DNA from: Candidatus Pacearchaeota archaeon
GTDB lineage: Archaea > Nanobdellota > Nanobdellia > Pacearchaeales > GW2011-AR1
Assembly (NCBI GenBank): GCA_040879785.1
Contig: JBBDJR010000006.1
Coordinates: forward strand, 192,410-256,409
DNA length: 64,000 nucleotides
Direction of reading: 5' to 3'
This document shows positions 45,604-54,237 of this stretch, piece after piece; position 1 is the first letter of the stretch, and the number at the start of each line of letters is the position of its first letter. The notes below the pieces were generated by a model, which saw nothing but the letters and a program-made list of their open reading frames with translations, made no database searches and had not been told where the DNA came from. The position numbers and the translations under genes were made by a program.

Positions 45604-46218
45604 TTATTCATCTCCTTCGCTTTTTTTCTTACTTCTAACTCTCACTTTTGCCTTTTTTAAGAGTTTTTCCCTCGTTTCTTCAGGAATAAACACCCTTTTT
45701 TTCCCGTTTTTCTCTACTACTTCCTCAACCAAACCATCACTTTTCTGTTTTATCCGGTTTATATGGCCCCTCACAGTTGATCTCTCCTTTCCAAGTATTG
45801 ACGAAATATCATCATAACTAAGCCTCATGTCCGAATTAAGTAACACCCAAAGTATTGCTCTCTCAGTTACTGAAAATTGGTCAAAATTTGGTGTTTGAAC
45901 ACCTGTTTGAACACCTGTTTGAACAGCATAAACACCTGTTTGTTTATCAAACACCTGTTTGGCTGTTTGTTTTTGCTGTTTAGGTTTGAGCTCATTCATG
46001 ATAGAAACAACATTTTTTATACCTTCTATCTCTTCATTTATCGTCGATAAAGTTTCTTTTATTTCTTCAATGTCTTCTTTTTGTAAATTTCGCTCAGAAT
46101 CAAGGTGTTTAATCCATGTACTCATGGAATTTATGTCTTTTTTAACTAAATCAAAACTGTTTTTTGTGTCCTCTTTTAGACTTTCAACATCTTTTTTCTT
46201 AAAAAACCACCCAAACAT
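45604..46218 (-). CDS. Coiled-coil / repeat-linker / C-terminal wHTH protein (paralog B)
   Basis: Same architecture as 44542..45324. It has a coiled coil, a QTGVYAVQTGVQTGVQT linker, and the C-terminus FSVTERAILWVLLNSDMRLSYDDISSILGKERSTVRGHINRIKQK. Confidence 0.5.
   Translation of the reverse strand: MFGWFFKKKDVESLKEDTKNSFDLVKKDINSMSTWIKHLDSERNLQKEDIEEIKETLSTINEEIEGIKNVVSIMNELKPKQQKQTAKQVFDKQTGVYAVQTGVQTGVQTPNFDQFSVTERAILWVLLNSDMRLSYDDISSILGKERSTVRGHINRIKQKSDGLVEEVVEKNGKKRVFIPEETREKLLKKAKVRVRSKKKSEGDE
45897..45960. repeat. Four copies of [g/a]aacacctgttt within the CDS 45604..46218
   Basis: Copies are at 45897-45908, 45909-45920, 45930-45941 and 45949-45960. Confidence 0.9.
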
Positions 46219-46313
46219 GGATTTATTTATCTAACCATGTTTAAAAACCTTTCTCTTTTCCGTCGGAGAAAAGAATGATTGTCCATAATAAAACCTCCAA
46301 TATTTTATCTAAA

Positions 46314-46431
46314 AAACACCCTCCAAAAATACACTTTTATCATAAATCAAACACCTAAACACCCTTTAAACACCATCAAACAGCCTGTTTAAACACCCCC
46401 AAACAGCTGTTTATTTTTTAAACAGCTGTTT
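46314..46431. repeat. Iteron-like array upstream of gene 45604..46218: five aaacacc half-sites and three aaacag(c)ctgttt palindromes
   Basis: aaacacc is at 46314, 46349, 46357, 46368 and 46391. aaacagcctgttt is at 46378-46390. The perfect palindrome aaacagctgttt is at 46401-46412 and 46420-46431. Confidence 0.85.
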
Positions 46432-46525
46432 GGTTCTTAAAAATCTATTCTATCTTTCCGTCGACAAACTTAGAAAATCTAAGATAAATATCATAAAAAA
46501 CAGCCTCTTTTAGTAAACCTTAACT

Positions 46526-46544
46526 AAGATAACCTAAGTGAACA
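46526..46544. repeat. 19-bp repeat copy 1 (aagataacctaagtgaaca)
   Basis: Matches copy 2 at 18 of 19 positions and copy 3 at 18 of 19. Confidence 0.85.
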
Positions 46545-46574
46545 TGCCCCGCCCTTCAAAAAGATCAGTTAAAA

Positions 46575-46588
46575 ATTTCGGCCGAAAT
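46575..46588. promoter_or_regulatory. Perfect 14-bp palindrome atttcggccgaaat upstream of gene 46658
   Basis: It lies about 16 nt upstream of a TATA-like catttaaatta. The gene itself has a strong SD (ggaggtg at 46647-46653), which is unusual among the leaderless-type genes here. Confidence 0.4.
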
Positions 46589-46657
46589 CTAAGGAAAGAA
46601 ACATTTAAATTAGGAAAAAACTACATATTTTCATAAAAGGATGAAAGGAGGTGTAAA

Positions 46658-47002
46658 ATGTCAAATTTAAAAAACGCAGGTAAGTGGTCATTCATAATTG
46701 GTCTTGTAATAGCTATTTTGGCTGCCCTAATAACTGTTATTGATCAATCGATTGTCCTTATAGTGCTGTTTATTTTAGGTCTTGGGGTAGGTTTCCTAAA
46801 CATATCTAACAAAGATTCGACAAAATTCCTAACAGGACTTATTGCTCTTTTCCTAATCGGCGCTACAAGCCTTGGAGCTTTAACAATCCTAGGGGCTGTT
46901 GAATCATATGTTGATAGCATCTTGGAGAACTTCCTTGTATTTGTAGGATCTGCAGGACTGGTTGTTTCAATAAAGGTAATCTTTGAGACCAGCAAACAGT
47001 AA
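46658..47002 (+). CDS. Small membrane protein (3-4 TM)
   Basis: 114 aa, hydrophobic. It is preceded by a GGAGGTG Shine-Dalgarno. Confidence 0.5.
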   Translation: MSNLKNAGKWSFIIGLVIAILAALITVIDQSIVLIVLFILGLGVGFLNISNKDSTKFLTGLIALFLIGATSLGALTILGAVESYVDSILENFLVFVGSAGLVVSIKVIFETSKQ

Positions 47003-47046
47003 TTACACAACAATTTTTTATTTTATTTTATTTTTTATTTCTAATT

Positions 47047-47065
47047 AAGACAACCTAAGTGAACA
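47047..47065. repeat. 19-bp repeat copy 2 (aagacaacctaagtgaaca)
   Basis: Same orientation as copy 1, 521 bp downstream of it. Confidence 0.85.
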
Positions 47066-47131
47066 GAGGCAGTTTTCTGGACAAGCACAGAACACAATAA
47101 TTCTTAAAAAGTCGAGATATTTTGAATTTTT

Positions 47132-47410
47132 ATGCATAGAGATTCAGCAAATAGGGAGCTAATTAAAGGAGAATATTATCATGACACGCTCTCTACAAGG
47201 GTTTTTCATTTTACTGGAGAAGATGATAGCGGCAACGCACTTCTTCAGGATTTTTCAGAAAAGATAAGTCCTTACACACCAGGGTTTACATCTGACCTAA
47301 GAGGGATTTATGATATCAAAGAATATGTTTCAAGGAGAGAGCAAGAAATCTCCTGGTTACGTGGGAAAATCTCAATGTTAGAGGAAAAAGGAAAAGAATC
47401 ACAAAGATAA
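47132..47410 (+). CDS. Hypothetical 92-aa protein
   Basis: ORF with ATG start. Its stop codon lies inside 19-bp repeat copy 3. Confidence 0.4.
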   Translation: MHRDSANRELIKGEYYHDTLSTRVFHFTGEDDSGNALLQDFSEKISPYTPGFTSDLRGIYDIKEYVSRREQEISWLRGKISMLEEKGKESQR

Positions 47411-47422
47411 CCTAAGTTAACA
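47404..47422. repeat. 19-bp repeat copy 3 (aagataacctaagttaaca)
   Basis: Same orientation, 357 bp downstream of copy 2. Confidence 0.85.
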
Positions 47423-47456
47423 CAAACAAAAAACAAGGCAGAGATTTCCTTCCATA

Positions 47457-47579
47457 AGGCTAGATTTTAACCAAAAAACGCTCAAAATACAGTTTTCTAG
47501 CCTAAAACCCATTTTACGCGTAAAAGATTCGCATAATGTAGATTGTGCGAAGTCCATATATTGGGCATGTTCGAACGTG
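47457..47579. other. Cluster of four inverted repeats in a noncoding region (candidate structured RNA or protein-binding sites)
   Basis: aggctaga (47457-64) pairs with tctagcct (47496-503). The palindrome ttttacgcgtaaaa is at 47512-25. ttcgca (47528-33) pairs with tgcgaa (47546-51). The near-palindrome catgttcgaacgtg is at 47566-79. Confidence 0.35.
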
Positions 47580-47656
47580 ATTTATCTCAAAAAATCTCGA
47601 AAATACAAATTCTTAAAAATTTATTTTTACCAAATCTACCACCCCTTATTCCTTAA

Positions 47657-48103
47657 TTAAATTCTCAAACCAGAAACACTAAGAAGAACGAAAATCCACC
47701 AGGAGAGGAAGGAGATAATCATGCTTGTTGCTATTTTGTTTTGTAGGGATGAATGAAGAAGGACATTTTTTCCTGCAAGTTTGTCCAATCTCGGGCTAAC
47801 ATAAAAAGATAAGAAAGAACCATTTAAGGCCATGATTACCAATAGGCCAGATTTTGCCAGGTTTAATGTGGTAATGCCCTCTCGCGGGAAGATAAATACA
47901 AATGTTGCAATTAAGAGAAGTGAACCAATCCAGATTAACGGCTTTGTAACATGATGCGCCTGAATCGTTGTCCGAGTCCACTTTTTGTCTTTTCTGGATA
48001 TAAAACCCATCAAATCAATTACAGTAACAGCCCCTAGTCCGATAATTATGCCTGCAAAATGAAAAAACAAAAGCCAGTCAATTTCTAAAATAAAATCTAT
48101 CAT
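47657..48103 (-). CDS. Membrane protein (4 TM), unknown function
   Basis: 148-aa hydrophobic ORF. Confidence 0.45.
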   Translation of the reverse strand: MIDFILEIDWLLFFHFAGIIIGLGAVTVIDLMGFISRKDKKWTRTTIQAHHVTKPLIWIGSLLLIATFVFIFPREGITTLNLAKSGLLVIMALNGSFLSFYVSPRLDKLAGKNVLLHSSLQNKIATSMIISFLSWWIFVLLSVSGLRI

Positions 48104-48181
48104 TTATTACTAAGCAGAATCTCACTTAAAACCCTTTCTACAACACCAATATTTTTTAAGTGCAGATTATTTACCTTTTCC

Positions 48182-49378
48182 ATGACAATCTTAAACTTCC
48201 TGAAAAAATTTGCTCGAAAGAAGAAGGCGCCAGAGCCCGAGCCAGAGAAACAAAAGCTGAGCTTTTCGGAACTTGGTGCCTGGCTGGATGAAAAAGAGAA
48301 AGAAAACAAACAGAAAGAGAAAGAGATATTTTCCTCGATTAAAGAGAGAACAGATGCTTTTGAAAAAGAGGCGGAAGAAAAAATAAAAGTTCTTGAAGGA
48401 GTTGATGTTGATTCAAAAAAAGCGGACGAAAGGCTTAAGTCGCAGTCAAAAGAAGGAAGGGAGAAATATGTTGGTTTTGTAAAAGAGTTGATACAGAATT
48501 TTAAATCACTTGAAGAAGAAAGCCTGCAACAGACAGTTTCAAAATTTGAGAGTCTTTTTGCAACCTTCGCCAAAAAAGCAGGAAAAAGCTATGAGAGAGC
48601 AACAATTCTTATAGGGAAAGAAGCCAGAGAACTCCACGAAACAACAAAAGAATTCTCTAACAAACTAAAAAATATATTCAAGAATAACGATGAACTAATC
48701 CAAAAATCAAAAACGATTTCTCTTCTTAAAAAAAGGCTGAAATATATCAGGCACGCGGATAGCGAGACTGAAAAATTCCAAAAAGAGATTGAGGAAGCTG
48801 AAGAAAAAATAAAAGAGAAACAGGAAGAAAGCAAAAAACTTCTAAAAGAAACCGAAGAGATAAAAGAAAGCAACGACTACAAAAACTATCTTGAAAAACA
48901 AAACAAACAGAGATCTTTAAGAGAGGAAATTGACCGAGATATTTTCTCTTTGAGACAGCTAATTGATTTTAAGACTCTCGGAAATTTTTACCACCAGTTT
49001 TCCGATAAAATGGAAATTATTAAGTCATACAGAGATGATTTTAGAGATTCTTTTAATGAGGATAAAGGAAAAAGAATTCTTGAACTAATTGAAAAAGCTA
49101 ATCTTCCCAACGAGAGGTTTAAAGAAAAAATAAACAAGATTGAAGATAGAAATAAAGAACTATCAAATGTTGAAGATGAAATAAAAGAGGACAAATCAAG
49201 ACGGAGACTAAGTGAATTGACATCTAAAATAACTAATACTACAATGGAATTAGGCGGGCTAAGAAGCAAAAAATCAGTCCAAGAAGCCAAACTCGAAAAA
49301 CTCAAGATTAATAAAGGGCAAATTACTGAAAAAATTAAGGAAGATGTTAATAACGTCGGTGCAGAGATTACAAACTGA
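48182..49378 (+). CDS. Long K/E-rich coiled-coil protein
   Basis: 398 aa, heptad-rich throughout. The antisense Ser-rich ORFs are shadows of this gene. Confidence 0.5.
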   Translation: MTILNFLKKFARKKKAPEPEPEKQKLSFSELGAWLDEKEKENKQKEKEIFSSIKERTDAFEKEAEEKIKVLEGVDVDSKKADERLKSQSKEGREKYVGFVKELIQNFKSLEEESLQQTVSKFESLFATFAKKAGKSYERATILIGKEARELHETTKEFSNKLKNIFKNNDELIQKSKTISLLKKRLKYIRHADSETEKFQKEIEEAEEKIKEKQEESKKLLKETEEIKESNDYKNYLEKQNKQRSLREEIDRDIFSLRQLIDFKTLGNFYHQFSDKMEIIKSYRDDFRDSFNEDKGKRILELIEKANLPNERFKEKINKIEDRNKELSNVEDEIKEDKSRRRLSELTSKITNTTMELGGLRSKKSVQEAKLEKLKINKGQITEKIKEDVNNVGAEITN

Positions 49379-49500
49379 CAATTAAATTCTTTGGGTTATT
49401 GCCTTATGGCACTTTACTCTAGCTTTACTATTCTAGTAAGGCCAGGAAAAGAAGGAAAACAATAAGCTTAAAAGAAACTTCCTGTTGAAAATTATGTAAA

Positions 49501-50928
49501 ATGAAAACCTTTGAAGAATTAGGACTCGGAAAAGAATTGTTGGAGATAGTCGGAGATGCAGGATTTGATTCTCCGACGGAAATCCAGGAAAAAGCAATTC
49601 CTCTCGCGCTTGAAGGGAAAGATGTTATTGGAGGAAGCGCCACAGGCTCGGGAAAAACCCTCGCCTTTGCAGTACCAATCATAAAAAAAGTAAAGCCAAA
49701 TGAAGGAATACAATCACTCGTTTTAACACCGACGAGAGAGCTTGCCCAGCAGGTCTCACAAGCAATAAGAGATTTTTCAAAAAATAAACATCTTAATATT
49801 GCCACAGTTTACGGAGGAGTTTCAATAGAAGACCAGATAAGAGATTTGAGAAGATCAGAAGTTGTCGTCGGAACTCCGGGAAGAATCCTGGACCATCTTT
49901 CAAGAAAAACAATAGATTTATCGAATGTAAAAGTTCTTGTTCTCGACGAGGCAGATAGAATGTTCGACATGGGATTTATTCATGACGTTACAGACATTAT
50001 TCAGTTCTGTCCAAAGGAAAGACAAACCCTGCTATTTTCTGCAACAATCTCTTCAGATATTGCAAAAATATCAAAAAGATATATGAAAGACCCTGAACAA
50101 ATCTCTGCAGAGCCAGAAGTTGACCCCTCAAAACTAAGCCAGGCATTTTATGATGTTCCTCAAAGCCAGAAGTTCTCACTATTAGTTCATTTACTTCAAG
50201 AAGAAGGCTCGAATCTTGTAATGGTTTTCTGTAACACAAAAAGAAATGCAGACCTTGTTACTGCTAATCTTGAAACACAAGGATTTGATGTAATGGCTCT
50301 CCACGGGAATCTAAGCCAGTCAAAAAGAGAAAAGGTCCTTAAACATTTTCACAAAAGCCAGAAGTTTATTCTTGTTTGTACTGACGTGGCTGCGCGAGGG
50401 CTCGACATAAAAGGAGTTTCGCATGTTTATAATTATGATTTCCCAAACACAAGGGAAGATTATACTCACAGAATCGGAAGAACCGCCAGAGCAGGAAAAG
50501 ACGGGAAAGCAATAACAATTCTAACTTCGAGAGATTATCAGAATTTTAGGAAAGCAACGAGATACATGCAACAGAGCATAGAACAAATGTCTCTTCCTAA
50601 ATTTGAAAGAGTTTATTTTAAAGCCAGCGAAAATGCAAACAAACCAAGAGGTCAACAAAGGTCAAGAAGGCCTGGAAGACCGGATGGGCAAGGTCCACGT
50701 CCCGGAAGAAGATTTCCCTCAAGAGGAGCCAGAACAACTCACGGAAGCAGAGATTCAAGAGGCGGAAGAAGCGGGAGAGATAATCGTGGCGGAAGCAGAG
50801 GATTTAGAAGCAGAGACGGAGGGTCTTCGGATTCAGGAAATCAGAGAAGATTCCATAAAAGTAGAAGTTCAAATCCCCAAGGCAGAAAAATAAGAAACGC
50901 CAGAAGGCAGGGTTCCGGAAGAAGATAG
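49501..50928 (+). CDS. DEAD-box RNA helicase with an RG/RGG-rich C-terminal tail
   Basis: The Q motif region is present, along with GSGKT, DEAD (VLDEADRM), SAT and HRIGRTARAG. The tail is RGQQRSRRPGRPDGQGPRPGRR...RGGRSGRDNRGGSRGFRSRDGG. Confidence 0.9.
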   Translation: MKTFEELGLGKELLEIVGDAGFDSPTEIQEKAIPLALEGKDVIGGSATGSGKTLAFAVPIIKKVKPNEGIQSLVLTPTRELAQQVSQAIRDFSKNKHLNIATVYGGVSIEDQIRDLRRSEVVVGTPGRILDHLSRKTIDLSNVKVLVLDEADRMFDMGFIHDVTDIIQFCPKERQTLLFSATISSDIAKISKRYMKDPEQISAEPEVDPSKLSQAFYDVPQSQKFSLLVHLLQEEGSNLVMVFCNTKRNADLVTANLETQGFDVMALHGNLSQSKREKVLKHFHKSQKFILVCTDVAARGLDIKGVSHVYNYDFPNTREDYTHRIGRTARAGKDGKAITILTSRDYQNFRKATRYMQQSIEQMSLPKFERVYFKASENANKPRGQQRSRRPGRPDGQGPRPGRRFPSRGARTTHGSRDSRGGRSGRDNRGGSRGFRSRDGGSSDSGNQRRFHKSRSSNPQGRKIRNARRQGSGRR

Positions 50929-50971
50929 TTCTTCCTTATATATTAAATCTGATTATAAAATAAGTATATTT

Positions 50972-51619
50972 ATGAACATTGTTCAATCTGGATTATTTAT
51001 GGAAAAAGTTGGACAAGGATTACAATTTAATGTTTATTCTAATAGAAATAAAGTAATCAAAAAATCCACATCTAAAATTCAGAGGGCTTCAAAGTTGATT
51101 AAATGGACACCGGGTTTATTATTGAAACCAATTAAATTAATGAACGAAATAAACAAATCTGTTTTAATTGGAAAAAACTCAATTGATAATATTCGGAAAT
51201 CAGGAATTGATTTGGAGTTGTTAGCAAACCCCATTTTTAATAAAAATGAAATTCAACAAGATAAAGTTGAGATTCTGAGTGATTACTTAAGGAGAGATTT
51301 TGAAAAATCAAAAATTTGGATTGATAAATTCATAGAGTTAATGGTTGAATGCTGGAAGAATGGTTTTTCTGAGAGAGTTTTTAATTTGACAATAAATAAT
51401 GGAGTTGATAAAGAAGGGAGAGTTGTTTTGATTGATCTTGGAGAATTAACATTTGAGAAGAAAGAGGTTAGAAATGCAATTAAAATTAAGAGATGGGAAA
51501 AAAGTTGGAGTTTTAATTGCGATATGAACAAAGAAGTTAAAGAATATTATAAAAAACAAATGAGAGAAAGATTAACATTACACAACTTAAATAAATATTG
51601 GAATTTAAATAAAAGATAA
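50972..51619 (+). CDS. Hypothetical AT-rich gene; possible degenerate protein-kinase-like fold
   Basis: VGQGLQFNVY...VIKK (Gly-loop/Lys-like) and RVVLIDLGEL (DFG-like) are present. The catalytic HxD position reads SER. The call is weak. Confidence 0.35.
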   Translation: MNIVQSGLFMEKVGQGLQFNVYSNRNKVIKKSTSKIQRASKLIKWTPGLLLKPIKLMNEINKSVLIGKNSIDNIRKSGIDLELLANPIFNKNEIQQDKVEILSDYLRRDFEKSKIWIDKFIELMVECWKNGFSERVFNLTINNGVDKEGRVVLIDLGELTFEKKEVRNAIKIKRWEKSWSFNCDMNKEVKEYYKKQMRERLTLHNLNKYWNLNKR

Positions 51620-51645
51620 TCTAATTATTTGTCTTAGAACAATTT

Positions 51646-52143
51646 TTACTGAGAATCTGCCGCCTCTGTTCCTTCACTTGCTCCTGCTGAACCTGCACCT
51701 TCTTGAACATCTACAACTTCAATATTAAAGAAAAGGTCTTTTCCTGCAAGAGGGTGGTTAAGGTCAAGGGTTATCGTTTCTTCTTTAACATCAACAATTT
51801 GTGCAGGGAACTGCTGTCCTTGAGGTGACTGAACCATCAAAACCATTCCTGGCTCCGGCTGTTTTCCGTCAGGGTTTTCAGGAACAGAACTTTTTGGAAT
51901 ATCTTTTTTTAAATCATCCCTTTTTTCGCCATAAGCCTGATCTGATGAAATTTTGAATTCTTTTTTCTGTCCTTTTTCCATTCCCTTTACAGCATCTTCA
52001 AATCCAGGGATAACCTGTTTTGCCCCAACCTCAAATTCAAGAGGCTGGCCTTGCTCTCCCTGTTTGGAACTATCAAAAACCTGTCCGTCTTCGAGCTTTC
52101 CTTCATACTCTACTTTTATCTTATCTCCATCTTTTATAGCCAT
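51646..52143 (-). CDS. FKBP-type peptidyl-prolyl isomerase (SlyD-like, with inserted flap domain)
   Basis: GDKIKVEYEGKLEDGQVFDSS...PLEFEVGAKQVIPGFEDAVKGM...LNHPLAGKDLFFNIEVVDV. Confidence 0.85.
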   Translation of the reverse strand: MAIKDGDKIKVEYEGKLEDGQVFDSSKQGEQGQPLEFEVGAKQVIPGFEDAVKGMEKGQKKEFKISSDQAYGEKRDDLKKDIPKSSVPENPDGKQPEPGMVLMVQSPQGQQFPAQIVDVKEETITLDLNHPLAGKDLFFNIEVVDVQEGAGSAGASEGTEAADSQ

Positions 52144-52267
52144 GAAATATCCAATAAGAGACCCCTTTTAAGTTTTGCGGGTTTATTTTACATTTTAACA
52201 TACAGAAAATGTTCGATATATTTTTAAGCTAGGACGGCTCTAATAAATTAGGACAGAAGAGGGAAAA

Positions 52268-52813
52268 ATGAAAATATTTGATAAAAATTTTAAAGAAATC
52301 TTTTCAGCCCAGTTTTTTGCAATTATAGGAGGATTGGTTTCAGGAATTGTCTTGGTAGTATATTTAGATAAAATTTTTATTATTCCTGGAATGCTCATTA
52401 TCATCCCGGGGTTTATGGCAATGAGGGGGAATATAAGCGGAGGCCTGGCATCAAGGGTAACTGTCGGACTTCTTCTCGGGCTTATAAGTCCTGATAGAAA
52501 AAACGACAGAATTGTTAAAGGAAATCTTTCTGCATCACTCTTCCTCGCAGCAATCATTTCACTCCTTCTAGGTCTTGTCGCATTCACATTTAATTATTTT
52601 GTTTCAGGCATAATCACACCAAAAATAATCCTTGTTCCCCTACTTGCAGGCATCATCTCAACATTCCTCCTCGACCATATAACACTTTACGCTACAATTA
52701 AACTATTCAAAAAAGGCTACGACCCTAACAATATGATGGGTCCTTTGGTAACAACAGCGGGAGATGTTACAAGCATTCTTTCCCTACTCATAATAATTTT
52801 CCTAATCGTTTAA
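52268..52813 (+). CDS. MgtE-type divalent cation transporter membrane domain protein
   Basis: PGFMAMRGNISGGLASRV and TTAGDVTSILSLL resemble the MgtE TM domain. It is a tandem paralog of the next gene. Confidence 0.55.
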   Translation: MKIFDKNFKEIFSAQFFAIIGGLVSGIVLVVYLDKIFIIPGMLIIIPGFMAMRGNISGGLASRVTVGLLLGLISPDRKNDRIVKGNLSASLFLAAIISLLLGLVAFTFNYFVSGIITPKIILVPLLAGIISTFLLDHITLYATIKLFKKGYDPNNMMGPLVTTAGDVTSILSLLIIIFLIV

Positions 52814-52814
52814 A

Positions 52815-53522
52815 ATGAAAATGATAACAAAAGAACTGAAAAAATATTTGCAGGACATAAGAAAGCTTGAGAGAGAGAAAAATCATGATCTGATTCATAA
52901 AGTTCACAAAAAACACGGCATCTCTAAGCAGACATTATTTTATGTCAAAGAGTACGGAAAAAGTAAGAACGTTTCGGGAACGATAATAAAAGAAAGTATA
53001 AAGATACTAATCCTTGCATCAATCATAAGCTCTTTTGGAGGTTTTGCACTTAATAGTATAGAAACACTTTTCCTTTCCATTTTCCCTCTCGTTCTTCTTT
53101 TACCCGCGCTAAATAATATGGTAGGAAATTATGCAACGGTGGTTTCCTCAAGATTCTCTGAGATGTTATATGACGGAAAAGTAAAAAAGAAGTGGTGGAA
53201 AACACCGGATTTAAGAAAATTATTTTCACAGATTTTAATAATGGCAATCTTTGCGTCTGTTCTAAGCTCTCTTGTTGCAATTGGAATTACATATTTTTCT
53301 CCGGAAGGGATTGTTTTAGGAGTTGCAATAAAAGTATTTTTGATAGTTTTTATAGATATGATTCTCCTTACAAACATTCTTTTTTTGGTAGCGGTTTTTT
53401 CAGGACTCTATTTTTATAAAAAGAACGAGGACCCCAACAACTTTTTGATTCCAATTACTACGGGCGTGGCTGATTTTTCAAACATGGTTGTTCTTGCAGT
53501 TCTTGTTGTGATTCTTTTTTAA
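52815..53522 (+). CDS. MgtE-type divalent cation transporter membrane domain protein with an N-terminal extension
   Basis: LPALNNMVGNYATVVSSRF and PITTGVADFSNMVVLAV are present. It starts 1 nt after the upstream stop. Confidence 0.55.
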   Translation: MKMITKELKKYLQDIRKLEREKNHDLIHKVHKKHGISKQTLFYVKEYGKSKNVSGTIIKESIKILILASIISSFGGFALNSIETLFLSIFPLVLLLPALNNMVGNYATVVSSRFSEMLYDGKVKKKWWKTPDLRKLFSQILIMAIFASVLSSLVAIGITYFSPEGIVLGVAIKVFLIVFIDMILLTNILFLVAVFSGLYFYKKNEDPNNFLIPITTGVADFSNMVVLAVLVVILF

Positions 53523-53564
53523 TCAACAGCTTTTTATAAGCAGTTCTTTTTATTCCTGAATAAA

Positions 53565-54233
53565 ATGGATGAATCCCAAAGAAAAATAAATTTTAAACTT
53601 TCTCCGAGTTCGCTAAACCTAATGAAAGATTGCCCAAGATGTTTCTGGCTCGAAAAACACGGAGTCTGGAAAAGGCCCGCAGGAATATTTCCAAGCCTCC
53701 CGTCAGGAATGGATAGAGTTCTAAAAAAACACTTTGATAAATTCATGGAAAAAGATGAGCTTCCTCCTGAAATAAGAGAACATCCCGACTGCACAGAAAT
53801 GAAACTTTTCAAAGATAAGGATCTTCTGACTGCCTGGCAAAATAACTGGAGAGGAATCTCATGGATTGATGAGAAAGGAAATTTACTTAGGGGCGCGGTA
53901 GACAACATTCTTCAAAAAGGAAACAAATTGATTGTTCTTGATTATAAAACTCGCGGATATGATTTAAAGGAAAACACACACGAGCACTACCGGCTTCAAA
54001 TGGATTTGTATAATTTCCTTCTCAGGAAAAACGGCTATGAGACTGAAGATATTGGATTTCTGCTTTTTTATGTTCCAAAGGAAGTTACGGAAACAGGAGA
54101 AGTCATTTTTGATACAACACTTAAGAAAATGCACACAGATACGGAAAATGCAGAAAAAGAATTTAGAAAAGCAATTAATCTTCTTGAAAGCGAATGCCCC
54201 TCTGAAGGGTGCGAATGGTGCCAAAGAATTTAG
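53565..54233 (+). CDS. PD-(D/E)XK nuclease of the Cas4/RecB-like type with Cys cluster
   Basis: N-terminus has CPRCFW. The core is GAVDNIL...LIVLDYKT...RLQMDLY (QhxxY). The C-terminus has CPSEGCEWC. Confidence 0.6.
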   Translation: MDESQRKINFKLSPSSLNLMKDCPRCFWLEKHGVWKRPAGIFPSLPSGMDRVLKKHFDKFMEKDELPPEIREHPDCTEMKLFKDKDLLTAWQNNWRGISWIDEKGNLLRGAVDNILQKGNKLIVLDYKTRGYDLKENTHEHYRLQMDLYNFLLRKNGYETEDIGFLLFYVPKEVTETGEVIFDTTLKKMHTDTENAEKEFRKAINLLESECPSEGCEWCQRI

Positions 54234-54237
54234 TTAT

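Noticed and set aside
46526-47422. Possibility that the 19-bp repeats form a CRISPR array
   Set aside because: There are only three copies, the spacing is irregular and very long (521 and 357 bp), the intervals contain ORFs with their own expression signals, and there are no cas genes nearby.
48100-49305. Ser/Phe-rich minus-strand ORFs (48100..48573, 48589..48873, 48988..49305)
   Set aside because: They are reverse-complement frames of a GAA/AAA-rich coiled-coil gene (Glu/Lys codons read as Phe/Ser/Leu). This is typical of antisense artefacts.
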